DNA of 64,000 bases from Acidobacteriota bacterium. Lineage in GTDB: Bacteria; Acidobacteriota; UBA4820; DSQY01. The stretch lies in contig JBMFSH010000010.1 of the NCBI GenBank assembly GCA_049967655.1, positions 22,430-86,429 on the forward strand, read 5' to 3'. The notes beneath the pieces were generated by a model, which ran no database searches, was not told where the DNA came from, and worked only from the letters and a program-made list of their open reading frames with translations. A program made the position numbers and the translations under genes. Of this stretch, positions 31,095 through 40,300 are shown piece by piece. The first letter of the stretch is position 1. Each line of letters starts with the position of its first letter.

Positions 31095-32109
31095 GCCGGA
31101 CCTCCCCGTCGGACGACAGCAGCCGGTTCAAGAAGCGGGCCACCCGCCCGCCGCCCAGGGCCTCGCGGGCCAGGCCGGCGCCCTCGCGAAGGTCTTCGCA
31201 CCGGCCCGCCGCTCGGAGTGCGAGGGCCGCGTTGGCCGCTACCGCGTCCCGCAGGCCGGCTGGCCCCGAGCCCTTCAGGAGAGCGGTGAGCAGCTCGGCG
31301 TTGCCGCCCGCGTCTCCGCCCGCCAGCTCGGACTCGGCGCAAGGGGGCAGGCCGAAGTCGCTCGCGCCCAGCTCGTAGCTCTCCATGCGTCCGTCGCGGA
31401 TCTCCCGCACGGCCACGCGCCCGTGCAGGACGGCCTCGTCGTAGCCTCCCTCGCCGTGGATCACAAGGGCGCGCCTCGTGCCGAGGGCCATCAGCGTCCG
31501 CGCCATCAGCTCCATGGCCTCGGGGCGGAAGACGCCGACCACCTGGCGTCCCGCCAAGGCGGGGTTCAATGTGGGGCCGAGGAAATTGAAGGCGGTGCGA
31601 ACCCCCAGGGCCTTGCGCACCAGGGCCACGCGGGCCATGGCCGGGTGGTAGAGCGGCGCGAAGAGGAAGACGAAGCCGCAGCGCTCCATGCGGGCGAGGG
31701 CCTCCTCGGGCGGCTCCGAGATGGGGTAGCCCAGGTGTTCCAGGAGGTCCGCCGACCCGCAGCGGCTGGAGATGCTGCGGTTGCCGTGCTTGGCCACGGG
31801 GACGCCCAGGGAGGCCACCACCAGGGCCGCCGCCGTGCTGAGGTTGAAGCTGTGGCGGCCGTCGCCCCCCGTGCCGCAGGTGTCCACGGCCTCGGGGAAG
31901 GGCTGGAAGGGCGTGGCCTCGCGCCGGAAGGCGGAGGCGAGGCCGGAGAGCTCTTCCGCCGTCTCGCCGCGCGCGGCGAGGGCGCCGAGGAAGGCCGCCG
32001 TCTGGAGGGGCTCGGCGCGACCCTGCGCCAGGTCGGTTCCCACGGACTCGGCTTCCGAGGCGGTCAGGCGGCCGCCCCCCGTCACCTTGGCCAGAAGCTC
32101 CTTACGCAC
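31078..32109 (-). CDS. trpD: Anthranilate phosphoribosyltransferase
   Basis: VDTCGTGGDG, KHGNRSISSRCGSADLLE and GPTLNP motifs. Confidence 0.93.
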   Translation of the reverse strand: MRKELLAKVTGGGRLTASEAESVGTDLAQGRAEPLQTAAFLGALAARGETAEELSGLASAFRREATPFQPFPEAVDTCGTGGDGRHSFNLSTAAALVVASLGVPVAKHGNRSISSRCGSADLLEHLGYPISEPPEEALARMERCGFVFLFAPLYHPAMARVALVRKALGVRTAFNFLGPTLNPALAGRQVVGVFRPEAMELMARTLMALGTRRALVIHGEGGYDEAVLHGRVAVREIRDGRMESYELGASDFGLPPCAESELAGGDAGGNAELLTALLKGSGPAGLRDAVAANAALALRAAGRCEDLREGAGLAREALGGGRVARFLNRLLSSDGEVRRAQVS

Positions 32110-32686
32110 GGGCCACCTCCCTGCACAGCCCGGCGAAGCGGGCCAGGATCTGCATCCCCTCGGGCGTGAGCACCGACTCGGGGTGGAACTGCACGCCGTG
32201 GCAAGGGTAGCGGCGGTGCTGGACCGCCATGATTTCGCCCTCGGGCGTGGAGCCCTGGACGCGCAACTCTGCCGGGAAGCCCTCGCTGCTCGCGACCAGG
32301 GAGTGGTAGCGGCCCGCCGTGAGGGGGCTGGGCAGGCCGGAGAGCAGGCCGCTGCCGTCGTGGAGCACGGGCGAGGTCTTCCCGTGCATGGGGCGGGAGG
32401 CCCGCCCGACCCTTCCGCCGAAGGCCTCGACGATGACCTGGTGGCCCAGACAGACGCCCAGGATGGGGACCTCGGGGGCCAGCTCCGCGACCACCCGAGG
32501 GCAGATGCCCGCGTCGGCTGGGGCGCCGGGGCCGGGGGAGAGAACGATGCCCGAGGGCTTCAGCGCGCGGATCTCGTCGGTCGAGATGTCGTCATTGCGC
32601 ACCACGCGGAGGTCGGGCTCCAACGTCCCGATCATGGAGACGAGGTTGTAGGTGAAGGAATCGTAGTTATCGATGAAAAGGATCAT
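32102..32686 (-). CDS. trpG: Anthranilate synthase component II (glutamine amidotransferase)
   Basis: MILFIDNYDSFTYNLV, LGVCLGHQ and VQFHPES triad motifs. GAAGGAG SD 7 nt upstream of the ATG at 32686. Confidence 0.93.
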   Translation of the reverse strand: MILFIDNYDSFTYNLVSMIGTLEPDLRVVRNDDISTDEIRALKPSGIVLSPGPGAPADAGICPRVVAELAPEVPILGVCLGHQVIVEAFGGRVGRASRPMHGKTSPVLHDGSGLLSGLPSPLTAGRYHSLVASSEGFPAELRVQGSTPEGEIMAVQHRRYPCHGVQFHPESVLTPEGMQILARFAGLCREVARA

Positions 32687-32720
32687 GGGACTGCTCCTTC
32701 GCAACAGACGGCCGATGGGG

Positions 32721-32820
32721 CGAGATTCCGAGATGCCGAAATGAGGAGATGAGGTGATGAGGGGATGAGGAAAGACAGAGGCGCGGGCTGGCAGTATTCC
32801 CGCATCTCGGCATCTCGAAA
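32721..32820 (+). repeat. Octamer array (CGAGATTC CGAGATGC CGAAATGA GGAGATGA GGTGATGA GGGGATGA GGAAAGAC) bracketed by an 18-bp imperfect inverted repeat
   Basis: Left arm is ATTCCGAGATGCCGAAAT at 32724-32741. The right arm reverse complement is ATTTCGAGATGCCGAGAT, at about 32803-32820. Lies in the 139-bp trpE-trpG spacer. The purine strand is antisense to the operon. Confidence 0.85.
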
Positions 32821-32825
32821 TCCCG

Positions 32826-34253
32826 TCATCGCGCCTCTCCGCCCAGCGCGTCGAGCAGGGCGCCGGCCTTGTGGTGAATCTCCTTCCATTCGCTCTCGGG
32901 CTGGGAGTCGGCCACGATGCCGGCTCCCGCCCGGAAGCGGACCCGCCCTCCGGCGAATTCGAAGGTCCGGATGGCGATGCAGGTCTCCAGGTTGCCCGCC
33001 GTGTCGAGGATGCCCACGGCGCCTCCGTAGACGCCGCGGTCCTGCGCCTCCAGCCCGCTCAGGACCTCGACGGCTCTGATCTTGGGGGCGCCGCTCACGG
33101 TGCCCGCCGGGAAGGTGCTCCAGAGCGCGTCGAGCCCGCTTCTTCCCTCCGCCAGCGTCCCGTGGACCTCCGAGGTGATGTGCATGACGTGCGAGAATCG
33201 CTCCACGACGGCCTGGACGGGGACGCCCACGGAGCCGAACTCGCAGACGCGGCCCAGGTCGTTGCGGGCCAAGTCCACGAGCATGGCGTGCTCGGCCAGC
33301 TCCTTGGGGTCCTGGAGGAGCTCGCGTTCGAGGCGGCGGTCCTCCTCTGGAGTCCCGCCACGGGGCCGCGTGCCGGCGATGGGGATGGTGGTAGCCGAAC
33401 GTCCCTCCACGCGCAGGAGCATCTCGGGCGAGGCCCCCACCACCTGCCGCCCGCCGAGGGAGACGTAGAAGTGGTAGGGCGAGGGGTTGAGGCGCCTCAG
33501 ACGCCGGTAGACCTCGAAGGGGTCGCCCTCGAAGGGGCCGCCGAAGGGTTCGGAGACCACCACCTGGTAGGTGTCGCCCGCGAGGATGCGCTCCTTGACG
33601 GCGGCGATGTTCCGCGTGAAGCGCTCGCGGTCAGGCCTCTCCTCGGGCACCCAGCGCGGCGGCGGGGGGGGAGCGGGCAGGGGCCTCTCGAGCTTCTGCT
33701 GGATGGAGCGGAGCTGCGCGAGGGCCGCGCTCTCCTCCTCCTGGGGCGCCGGAAGGCGGTAGAGGTGGCACTCCTGGCGGAGGTGGTCGAAGATCACGCC
33801 GGTCGTGAAGAGGCCGAAGACGATGCGGGGATCCCTCGTGGGCGGCAGGGACCGCTCCAGCACGGGCTCGGCCATGGAGAAGGCGGAGAAGTCCACCCAG
33901 CCCACCGCGCCGCCCATGTAGGGGATGGGAGGCTCGGCCCACCGGGAGGAGAAGCCGCCGACCCAGCGGGCGAAAGCCTGGCGCGCCGAGCCGGCCAGGG
34001 GGATGCTCTCGGAGCCCCGGCGGAGCCTCGCTGAGCCGTCCGCCTCGAAGACCTCGGCCGGGTGAAGGCCCAGGAAGGAGTAACGCGCCTGCGTTTCGCC
34101 GCCCGCCACGGACTCCAGCAGGAACGCCTCCTCGCCGGGTCCGGTGAGGGCCAGGAAGGCGCGGACGGGGGTGAGCAGGTCCCCCGGAATCCGCAGGCGG
34201 ACGATCTGCCTGGGTTGCGCGGCCGGGCGCCGGTCGGTCTCCGATTGGGGCAT
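32826..34253 (-). CDS. trpE: Anthranilate synthase component I
   Basis: LLESVAGGE, the chorismate-binding core and GAVGILD…IAIRT. Start taken at MPQSETD (34253), downstream of the attenuator terminator. Confidence 0.92.
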   Translation of the reverse strand: MPQSETDRRPAAQPRQIVRLRIPGDLLTPVRAFLALTGPGEEAFLLESVAGGETQARYSFLGLHPAEVFEADGSARLRRGSESIPLAGSARQAFARWVGGFSSRWAEPPIPYMGGAVGWVDFSAFSMAEPVLERSLPPTRDPRIVFGLFTTGVIFDHLRQECHLYRLPAPQEEESAALAQLRSIQQKLERPLPAPPPPPRWVPEERPDRERFTRNIAAVKERILAGDTYQVVVSEPFGGPFEGDPFEVYRRLRRLNPSPYHFYVSLGGRQVVGASPEMLLRVEGRSATTIPIAGTRPRGGTPEEDRRLERELLQDPKELAEHAMLVDLARNDLGRVCEFGSVGVPVQAVVERFSHVMHITSEVHGTLAEGRSGLDALWSTFPAGTVSGAPKIRAVEVLSGLEAQDRGVYGGAVGILDTAGNLETCIAIRTFEFAGGRVRFRAGAGIVADSQPESEWKEIHHKAGALLDALGGEAR

Positions 34254-34283
34254 CTTCGCATCCTCCGCCCGCCCTCGCGGGCA

Positions 34284-34313
34284 CAAAAAAAGGCCCACCG
34301 TTTCCGGTGGGCC
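34284..34313 (-). terminator. Intrinsic terminator acting as the trp attenuator (GGCCCACCG-GAAA-CGGTGGGCC-TTTTTTT)
   Basis: Perfect 9-bp GC stem, GAAA tetraloop and U7 tract on the minus-strand transcript. Lies between the leader ORF stop (34337) and the trpE ATG (34253). Confidence 0.85.
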
Positions 34314-34336
34314 GGGTGTTTGGCGAATGGTGGCGC

Positions 34337-34423
34337 CTAGGCGGCCGCCATCCTCTCGCGCACACCCAGCCCGCCGTACCACCAATAGTTCATGTTGGTC
34401 GTCGCGATCTGGGTGTACGCCAC
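34337..34423 (-). CDS. trpL: trp operon leader peptide with tandem Trp codons
   Basis: GGAGGAAGG-N5-GTG, then AYTQIATTNMNYWWYGGLGVRERMAAA and a stop. TGG TGG at 34379-34384. An alternative ATG start at 34393 would give MNYWWYGG…. Confidence 0.7.
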   Translation of the reverse strand: MAYTQIATTNMNYWWYGGLGVRERMAAA

Positions 34424-34444
34424 TTCTGCCTTCCTCCAGGCGAG

Positions 34445-34473
34445 AGGATAGGCCAAAGTAGTGCTGCTGTCAA
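34445..34473 (-). promoter_or_regulatory. Predicted trp operon promoter TTGACA-N17-TATCCT
   Basis: Minus strand reads TTGACAgcagcactactttggccTATCCT, about 20 nt upstream of the leader GTG. Confidence 0.55.
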
Positions 34474-34486
34474 GAGGGGGAGCTTG

Positions 34487-34580
34487 AATTCGGAAGGTGG
34501 AAGGAGAAGATATAAACCACCAAGACACCAAGGCACTGAGGAATTGGGATTTGAGAATTGGGGAAACCCAGGCGAGGGCT
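34487..34580 (+). repeat. 8-nt periodic purine tract containing the 21-nt core ACCACCAAGACACCAAGGCAC
   Basis: GGAAGGTG GAAGGAGA AGATATAA ACCACCAA GACACCAA GGCACTGA GGAATTGG GATTTGAG AATTGGGG. The core at 34516-34536 is identical to the reverse complement of 59042-59062. Confidence 0.85.
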
Positions 34581-34672
34581 CCCACACCGGCGGGAAATCC
34601 ATCGCCGAATTTGGGCGTCCAGCATCTCGCGGCCCGCGACCAGCGACGCGGCAGCTGTTTTCAGGCCGGCGT

Positions 34673-37138
34673 TCAGTTTCGGGAGCCGCGCTCGCGGCTG
34701 AGGAGGGCGGCGGCGGCGTTGGGTTCGACGGGGCCGTGGAAGTAGAAGCCCTGGGCGAAGTCGCATTGGATGCCGCGCAGCAGCTCCGCCTCTTCCACGG
34801 TCTCCACGCCCTCGGCCACGACCACGAGTCCGAGGTTCTTGGCGAGCGCCACGATGGTCCGCACGATCTCCATGTTCTGGCTGCTGCGGCCGATGCCGGA
34901 GATGAAGGAGCGGTCTATCTTGAGGGCGTCGATGGGGAACTGGTGCAGGTAGCTGAGCGAGGAGTAGCCGGTCCCGAAGTCGTCGATCTGCACCCTCACG
35001 CTCAGCGCCCGGAGCGAGGAGAGCACCGCGATGGCCGCCTCGGAGTTCTCCACGATGGTTCCCTCGGTGATCTCGATGCCCAGCGATCCACCCTGGAGGC
35101 CCGCCTGGAAGAGGGCCCGGTTCACCTGCTCGATGAGGTCCGGCTGGGCCAGGTTCCGGCTGGAGAGGTTCACGCTCACGGTGATAGGGGAGGCGGAAGG
35201 GAAGCTGGACTGCCAGGCGCTGGTCTGTCGGCACGACTCGGCGAGCACCCATTTCGCGATGGGGACGATGAGGCCCGTCTCCTCTGCGACGGGGATGAAC
35301 TCCTCGGGGAGGACGAGCCCGCGCTTGGGATGCTGCCACCTCAGCAGGGCCTCGAAGCCCGCGATCTTGCCGGTGGCCATGGAGACGATGGGCTGGTAGT
35401 GGATGCGGAGCTCGCGCCGTTCGAGGGCCCTGCGCAGGTCGTTCTCGGTCTGGAGGACCTGAACGGCGCTCTCGTGCATGGAGGCGTCGAAGATCTCGTG
35501 CCTGGCCCGCCCGCGCGACTTGGCCTTGTACATGGCCGTGTCCGCGTCCCTCAGGAGCTGCTCGGGTGTGTCGTAGCCGCGGGTGCTGAAGGCGATGCCG
35601 ATGCTGCACGTGGCGTACACCTCGTGTCCGCACACGCTGAAGGCGGCCTCGAGCTCGTGGTGGATCCGGGAGGTGAAGCCATCCGTCTCTCGCTCGGTCC
35701 GGATGTTTTCGAGGAGAATCCCGAACTCGTCTCCGCCGAGGCGCGCCAGGATGTCGTCGGAACGGAGGCAGCCCTTGAGCCTCTTGGCCACGGCCACCAG
35801 AAGCTCGTCACCCGCCACGTGGCCCAGGCTGTCGTTCACGAACTGGAAGCGGTCCACGTCCAGGAACAGGAGGGCGAAGGCGTAGCTCGGGTCCAGGCGG
35901 GAGCGGAGGATGGCGGCCTGCAGCCGCTCCAGGAAGAGGAAGCGGTTGGCCAGCCCCGTGAGCCCGTCTATGGCGGCGTCGTGGCGGATCTGCTCCTCGC
36001 CCATCTTGCGGTCGTTGATGTCGACGAGGGTGCCCGTGAGGCGCAGGGGCGTACCGTCTTCGGAGCGGAAGGCCAGGCCGCGGCAGGCCACCCAGACGTA
36101 GCTGCCGTCCTTGTGCTTCAGGCGGTGCTCGCAGTCCACCATGGCGCTCCGGCCCTCCAGGTGGGCCTCGATGGCCGCCTGGAGGAGTTCGCGGTCGTCG
36201 GGATGCACGCGGCCGAGCCACTCCTGGACGCCGCTTCCCACCTCCGCCTCCGCGTGGCCGAGCATCTCCTTCCAGCGGGGCGAATAGTCGATCTCCTCGG
36301 TGCGCAGGTTCCAATCCCAGAAGCCCTCGATGGCGCCCCTGGCGGCGAGGGCGAAGCGGGCCTCGCTCTCCCTCAGGGCCTCCTGGGTGCGCTTGACCTG
36401 GGAGACGTCCTCTATCAGGCCGTCCATGACCAGTTGCCCGTTGTGGGATGATCCGATGCTCTCGGTGAGGAGCACCCAGATCACCTCGCCGTCCATGCGC
36501 CGGAGCTTGAGCTCGGTCCGGTGGATGTGGCCGTGGTGGCGCATCTGATCGAGCAGCCTCACCCGGTCGTCGGCTCCGACGAAGAGCTCCTGGAGCCTGA
36601 CTCCCTGCGCCTCCAGAAGGCTCTGGAACCCGAGCATCCGGAGAAAGGCGGGGTTGGCCTCGAGGATCTGGCCGTCCGCCGTGGAGCGGAAGATGCCCAC
36701 GTTGATGCGCTGGAGGAGGCCGTTCAGCCGGCGCTCCAGCCTGACGGACTGGGTCCTGGCCCGGGACCGGCCGATCAGGCCGAGGATAGTGGATTGGAGG
36801 CGGCGCAGGTAGCCCGGCGTTCGGAGGATGTAGTTGTCCAGCCCACGGCGCAGGGCCTCGACGGCTTCGCTCTCCCGGCTCGGGGTGGTCAAGAGGACCG
36901 TGGGGCATTCCGGGTGGAGGCCCCGGATCTCCTCCACGAGCCCGCGGACCTTGGCCCAGGGAACGGAGCCATCCAGGATCACGACGTCAAAGCCCGACTC
37001 AGCGAGGCGCTCGTGGAGTGCCTCCGGAGTCGCGGCAACCTTCAGATCAAGATCGGGGAAATCTTCAGAGAGGGCCTTTTTCAGCGGGAGGCGGGCGCCA
37101 GCTTCGTGCGTCACCAGCAGGACCGCCAATTTCTCCAC
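34673..37138 (-). CDS. Response-regulator receiver - PAS - PAS - GGDEF - EAL protein (c-di-GMP turnover)
   Basis: REC (DVVILD), two PAS regions, GGDEF (LARLGGDEFGILL) and EAL (FEALLRW…DDFGTGYSSL). GTG start at 37138 with GGAGG SD. The track ATG at 37207 looks like an extension. Confidence 0.9.
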   Translation of the reverse strand: MEKLAVLLVTHEAGARLPLKKALSEDFPDLDLKVAATPEALHERLAESGFDVVILDGSVPWAKVRGLVEEIRGLHPECPTVLLTTPSRESEAVEALRRGLDNYILRTPGYLRRLQSTILGLIGRSRARTQSVRLERRLNGLLQRINVGIFRSTADGQILEANPAFLRMLGFQSLLEAQGVRLQELFVGADDRVRLLDQMRHHGHIHRTELKLRRMDGEVIWVLLTESIGSSHNGQLVMDGLIEDVSQVKRTQEALRESEARFALAARGAIEGFWDWNLRTEEIDYSPRWKEMLGHAEAEVGSGVQEWLGRVHPDDRELLQAAIEAHLEGRSAMVDCEHRLKHKDGSYVWVACRGLAFRSEDGTPLRLTGTLVDINDRKMGEEQIRHDAAIDGLTGLANRFLFLERLQAAILRSRLDPSYAFALLFLDVDRFQFVNDSLGHVAGDELLVAVAKRLKGCLRSDDILARLGGDEFGILLENIRTERETDGFTSRIHHELEAAFSVCGHEVYATCSIGIAFSTRGYDTPEQLLRDADTAMYKAKSRGRARHEIFDASMHESAVQVLQTENDLRRALERRELRIHYQPIVSMATGKIAGFEALLRWQHPKRGLVLPEEFIPVAEETGLIVPIAKWVLAESCRQTSAWQSSFPSASPITVSVNLSSRNLAQPDLIEQVNRALFQAGLQGGSLGIEITEGTIVENSEAAIAVLSSLRALSVRVQIDDFGTGYSSLSYLHQFPIDALKIDRSFISGIGRSSQNMEIVRTIVALAKNLGLVVVAEGVETVEEAELLRGIQCDFAQGFYFHGPVEPNAAAALLSRERGSRN

Positions 37139-37301
37139 CCAACGCCTCCGTGGGACATGCCCGTGTCGGGCATCGCAGCAGGCCGATGACCGGCTACGCC
37201 CCCGCACGCCGCTGCGAGGAAGCTACCACAAACCCGGGGCGGCCACAACGGAGGTTTTGCCGCCGCAAAGGCGGCGGGGACCGGGGGCGAAAGGGAGGGG
37301 A

Positions 37302-37334
37302 AACAAAGAGGGCGGGCCGAGCGGCCCGCCCTCG
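37302..37334 (-). terminator. Intrinsic terminator after the RND permease gene (GAGGGCGGGCC-GCTC-GGCCCGCCCTC-TTTGTTT)
   Basis: Perfect 11-bp stem plus a U-rich tract on the minus transcript, 24 nt after the stop. Confidence 0.85.
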
Positions 37335-37357
37335 GATGCGCGGAGAAACCCTTCGGA

Positions 37358-40300
37358 CTACTTGACCTCTGGAATCGTGGACCCGTTCGCCGAACGCGAC
37401 AGGCGCCCGCTGAGGAGCGACTGGAGGCGGTCCATGTAGAGGTAGAAGACCGGCGTCACGAACAGGGTTAGGAACTGGGAGAAGAGCAGGCCGCCGACGA
37501 CGGCCAGGCCCAGGGGGCGGCGCGATTCGGCGCCGGCGCCCATGCCCAGGGCGATGGGGAGCGTGCCCATGAGGGCCGCCATGGTGGTCATCATGATGGG
37601 CCGGAAGCGAATGACGCAGGCTTCGTAGATGGCTTCGGCGGCGGGCTTGTTCTCTTTGCGCTGGGCCTCCAGGGCGAAGTCGATCATCATGATGCCGTTC
37701 TTCTTCACGAGGCCCACGAGCATGATGATGCCCACGAATGCGTAGATGGAGAGGTCCACGCGGAAGATGAGCAACGTAACCAAAGCGCCGAAACCGGCGA
37801 AGGGGAGAGCCGAGAGAATGGTCAGAGGGTGAATGAAACTCTCGTAGAGGATGCCCAGCACCAGGTAGATCACCAGGATTGCCAGCAGCAGGAGCCAGCC
37901 CAGGCCCTTGGTGCTCGCCTGGAAGGCCTGCGCCGTGCCCTGGAGGCTCATGGTGAGGGTGGGTGGGACGATGCCCCTGGCCAGCTTCTGGACAGCGTCC
38001 ACGGCGTTTCCGAGGGGGGTGCCGGGAGCGAGGTTGAAGGAGACCGTCACGGAGGGGATCTGGCCGGTGTGGTTGATGGAGAGGGGGCCGAGGTCGCGCG
38101 TGATCTTGGCCACCGCGTCGAGGGGCACCACTTTCCCCGAGGAGGAGGGAACGTACAGCATGGAGAGGGCCGACGGATCCGTCTGGAAACGGTCCTCCAG
38201 CTCGAGGATCACCTGGTAGGTGTTGTTGGGCGCGTATATGTAGGAGATCTGCCGGGAACCGTAGGCGTCGTAGAGCGTGTTTTCTATGGCCTCGGCCGTG
38301 ACACCGTAGGACGAGGCCTTGTCCCGCTCGATCTGGACCTCCACCTGGGGGTTCTTGATCTGCAGGTCGCTGGTGACGTCGATGAGGCCGGGCAGGGCCC
38401 TCATCTTGTTCTCCAGCTCGGTGGCCACGCTGTAGAGCTCCTGCGTGTCGGAGCCCTGGAGCGTCACCTGGTAGAGGCTCTTGGAGAGGCGCCCGCCGAT
38501 CTGGATGGGCGGCGGGTTCTGGATGAAGGCCATGATGCCCGGCACCGACATGAGCTGGGGCCGCATCCGGGCGATTTCTTGGTCCACGCTGAGCTTGCGC
38601 TCCGACAGGGGTTTGAAGCGGATGAAACAGATGCCTTGGTTGGGGGCCAGGAAGCCTCGGCTCCCCGCCGTGGAGAAGAAGGCGTCCACGTCCGGATTGG
38701 CCTGGATGATTCGGTTGATGGCCTGCTGATGGCGGATCATGGCGTCGTAGGAGATGCCCTCCTTGGCCTGGGTGAAGACCATGGCGCGGCTGGCGTCCTC
38801 GCTGGGCAGGAAGCCCTTGGGGATGACGACGAAGAGCCAGCCCGTGAGCACCAGCACGACGGCCGAGAAGATCATCACCAGCCGCCGGTGGCCGATGGAC
38901 CACTTGAGCCCGCGCTCGTACCAGCCGAGCATCCAGTTGAAGCCCCTTTCGGAGAGGTCGTAGATGCGGCCGTGGTGGACCTCCGACTGGTGTTTGAGAA
39001 AGCGGCTGGCGAGCATGGGCGTGAGGGTCAGCGAGACGAAGCCCGAGATGAGGATGGCCGATCCGATGGTGACGGCGAACTCGTGGAAGAGCCGCCCCAC
39101 GATGCCCCCCATGAAGAGGACGGGAATGAAGACGGCCACCAGGGAGAAGGTCATGGAGAGGATCGTGAAGCCGATCTCCTTGGACCCTTCCAGGGAGGCC
39201 TCCAGGATGCCCTTCCCCATCTCCATGTGCCGGACGATGTTCTCGAGCATGACGATGGCGTCGTCCACCACGAAACCGACCGCCAGGGTCAGGGCCATCA
39301 GCGAGAGGTTGTCCAGGCTGTAGCCCAGCAGGTACATGAGGGCGAAAGTTCCCACCAGCGACATGGGCAGGGCCAGGCTCGGGATGACCGTGGCGGACAC
39401 GTTCCGCAGGAAAAGGAAGATGACCAGGATGACCAGGATGAGGGTCAGCAGGAGGGTGAACTTCACGTCCGAGACGGACTGCTTGATGGAGGTCGAGCGG
39501 TCGTACAGGGTGTGAAGCGTCACGGAGGCGGGGATCTGCCGCTCGAAGGTGGGAATCAGATCCTTGACCGCCTGGGCCACAGCCACGGTGTTGGTCCCCG
39601 GCTGCCGCTGGATGGCCAGGACCACGGATCGCTGGTTGTGGGTGTGGTCGATGTACCAGGCGGAGGTCTTGTCGTTCTCCACGCTGTCGAGCACGTGGCC
39701 GAGGGCCTCGAGGCGCACGGGCTGGCCGTTCTGATAGGTCACGATGAGAGGCCGGAAGGCGGAGGCGTCCTCGAGCTGGCCGCTGGCCTGCACCGTGTAG
39801 GAGACGTGGGGCCCGTAGAGCGTTCCCGTGGGCAGGTTGACGTTCCCGCTGGAGATGGCGTTGGCCACCTGATCGAGGCTGATTCCCTTGTTGGCGAGCT
39901 TGTTGGGGTCCATCTGCACGCGGACGGCGTACTTCTGCGAACCGTAGACCTGCACCTGGGCCACGCCGCTCACCATGGAGATGCGCTGGGCCATGAGGGT
40001 CTCGCCGTAGTCGTCCACCTGGCTCATGGGGAGCGTGGGGGAGGTCAGGGCGAGGTAGAGGATGGGCTGGTCCGCGGGGTTCACCTTCTGGTAGGAGGGC
40101 GGCGTCGGCATGCCGGTGGGGAGCTGGCCCTGGGCCACCGAGATGGCCGACTGCACGTCCAGGGCTGCGCCGTCCAGGCTGCGATCGAGGGCGAACTGCA
40201 AGGTGATCGAGGTGGAGCCCTGGTAGCTCGTGGAGGTCATGGAGTCGATGCCCGCGATGGTGGAGAACTGCTTCTCCAGCGGCAGGGCCACGGCCGAGGC

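Noticed and set aside
34307-36451. 714-aa + strand ORF, with similar giant ORFs at 37829-40672, 14952-17129, 12910-14526, 28319-30142 and 17266-18864
   Set aside because: These are antisense shadows of well-supported minus-strand genes (GGDEF-EAL, RND permease, ACADs, trpB, fadB). Such ORFs are typical of very GC-rich DNA, where stop codons are rare. Their translations are Arg/Gly/Pro/Ala-rich with no motifs.
37255-37290. Hairpin GCCGCCGCAAAGGCGGCGG upstream of the GGDEF-EAL gene, considered as a second terminator
   Set aside because: There is no U-tract on the minus transcript. It lies downstream of the strong terminator at 37302-37334 and upstream of the next gene's start, so its function is unclear.
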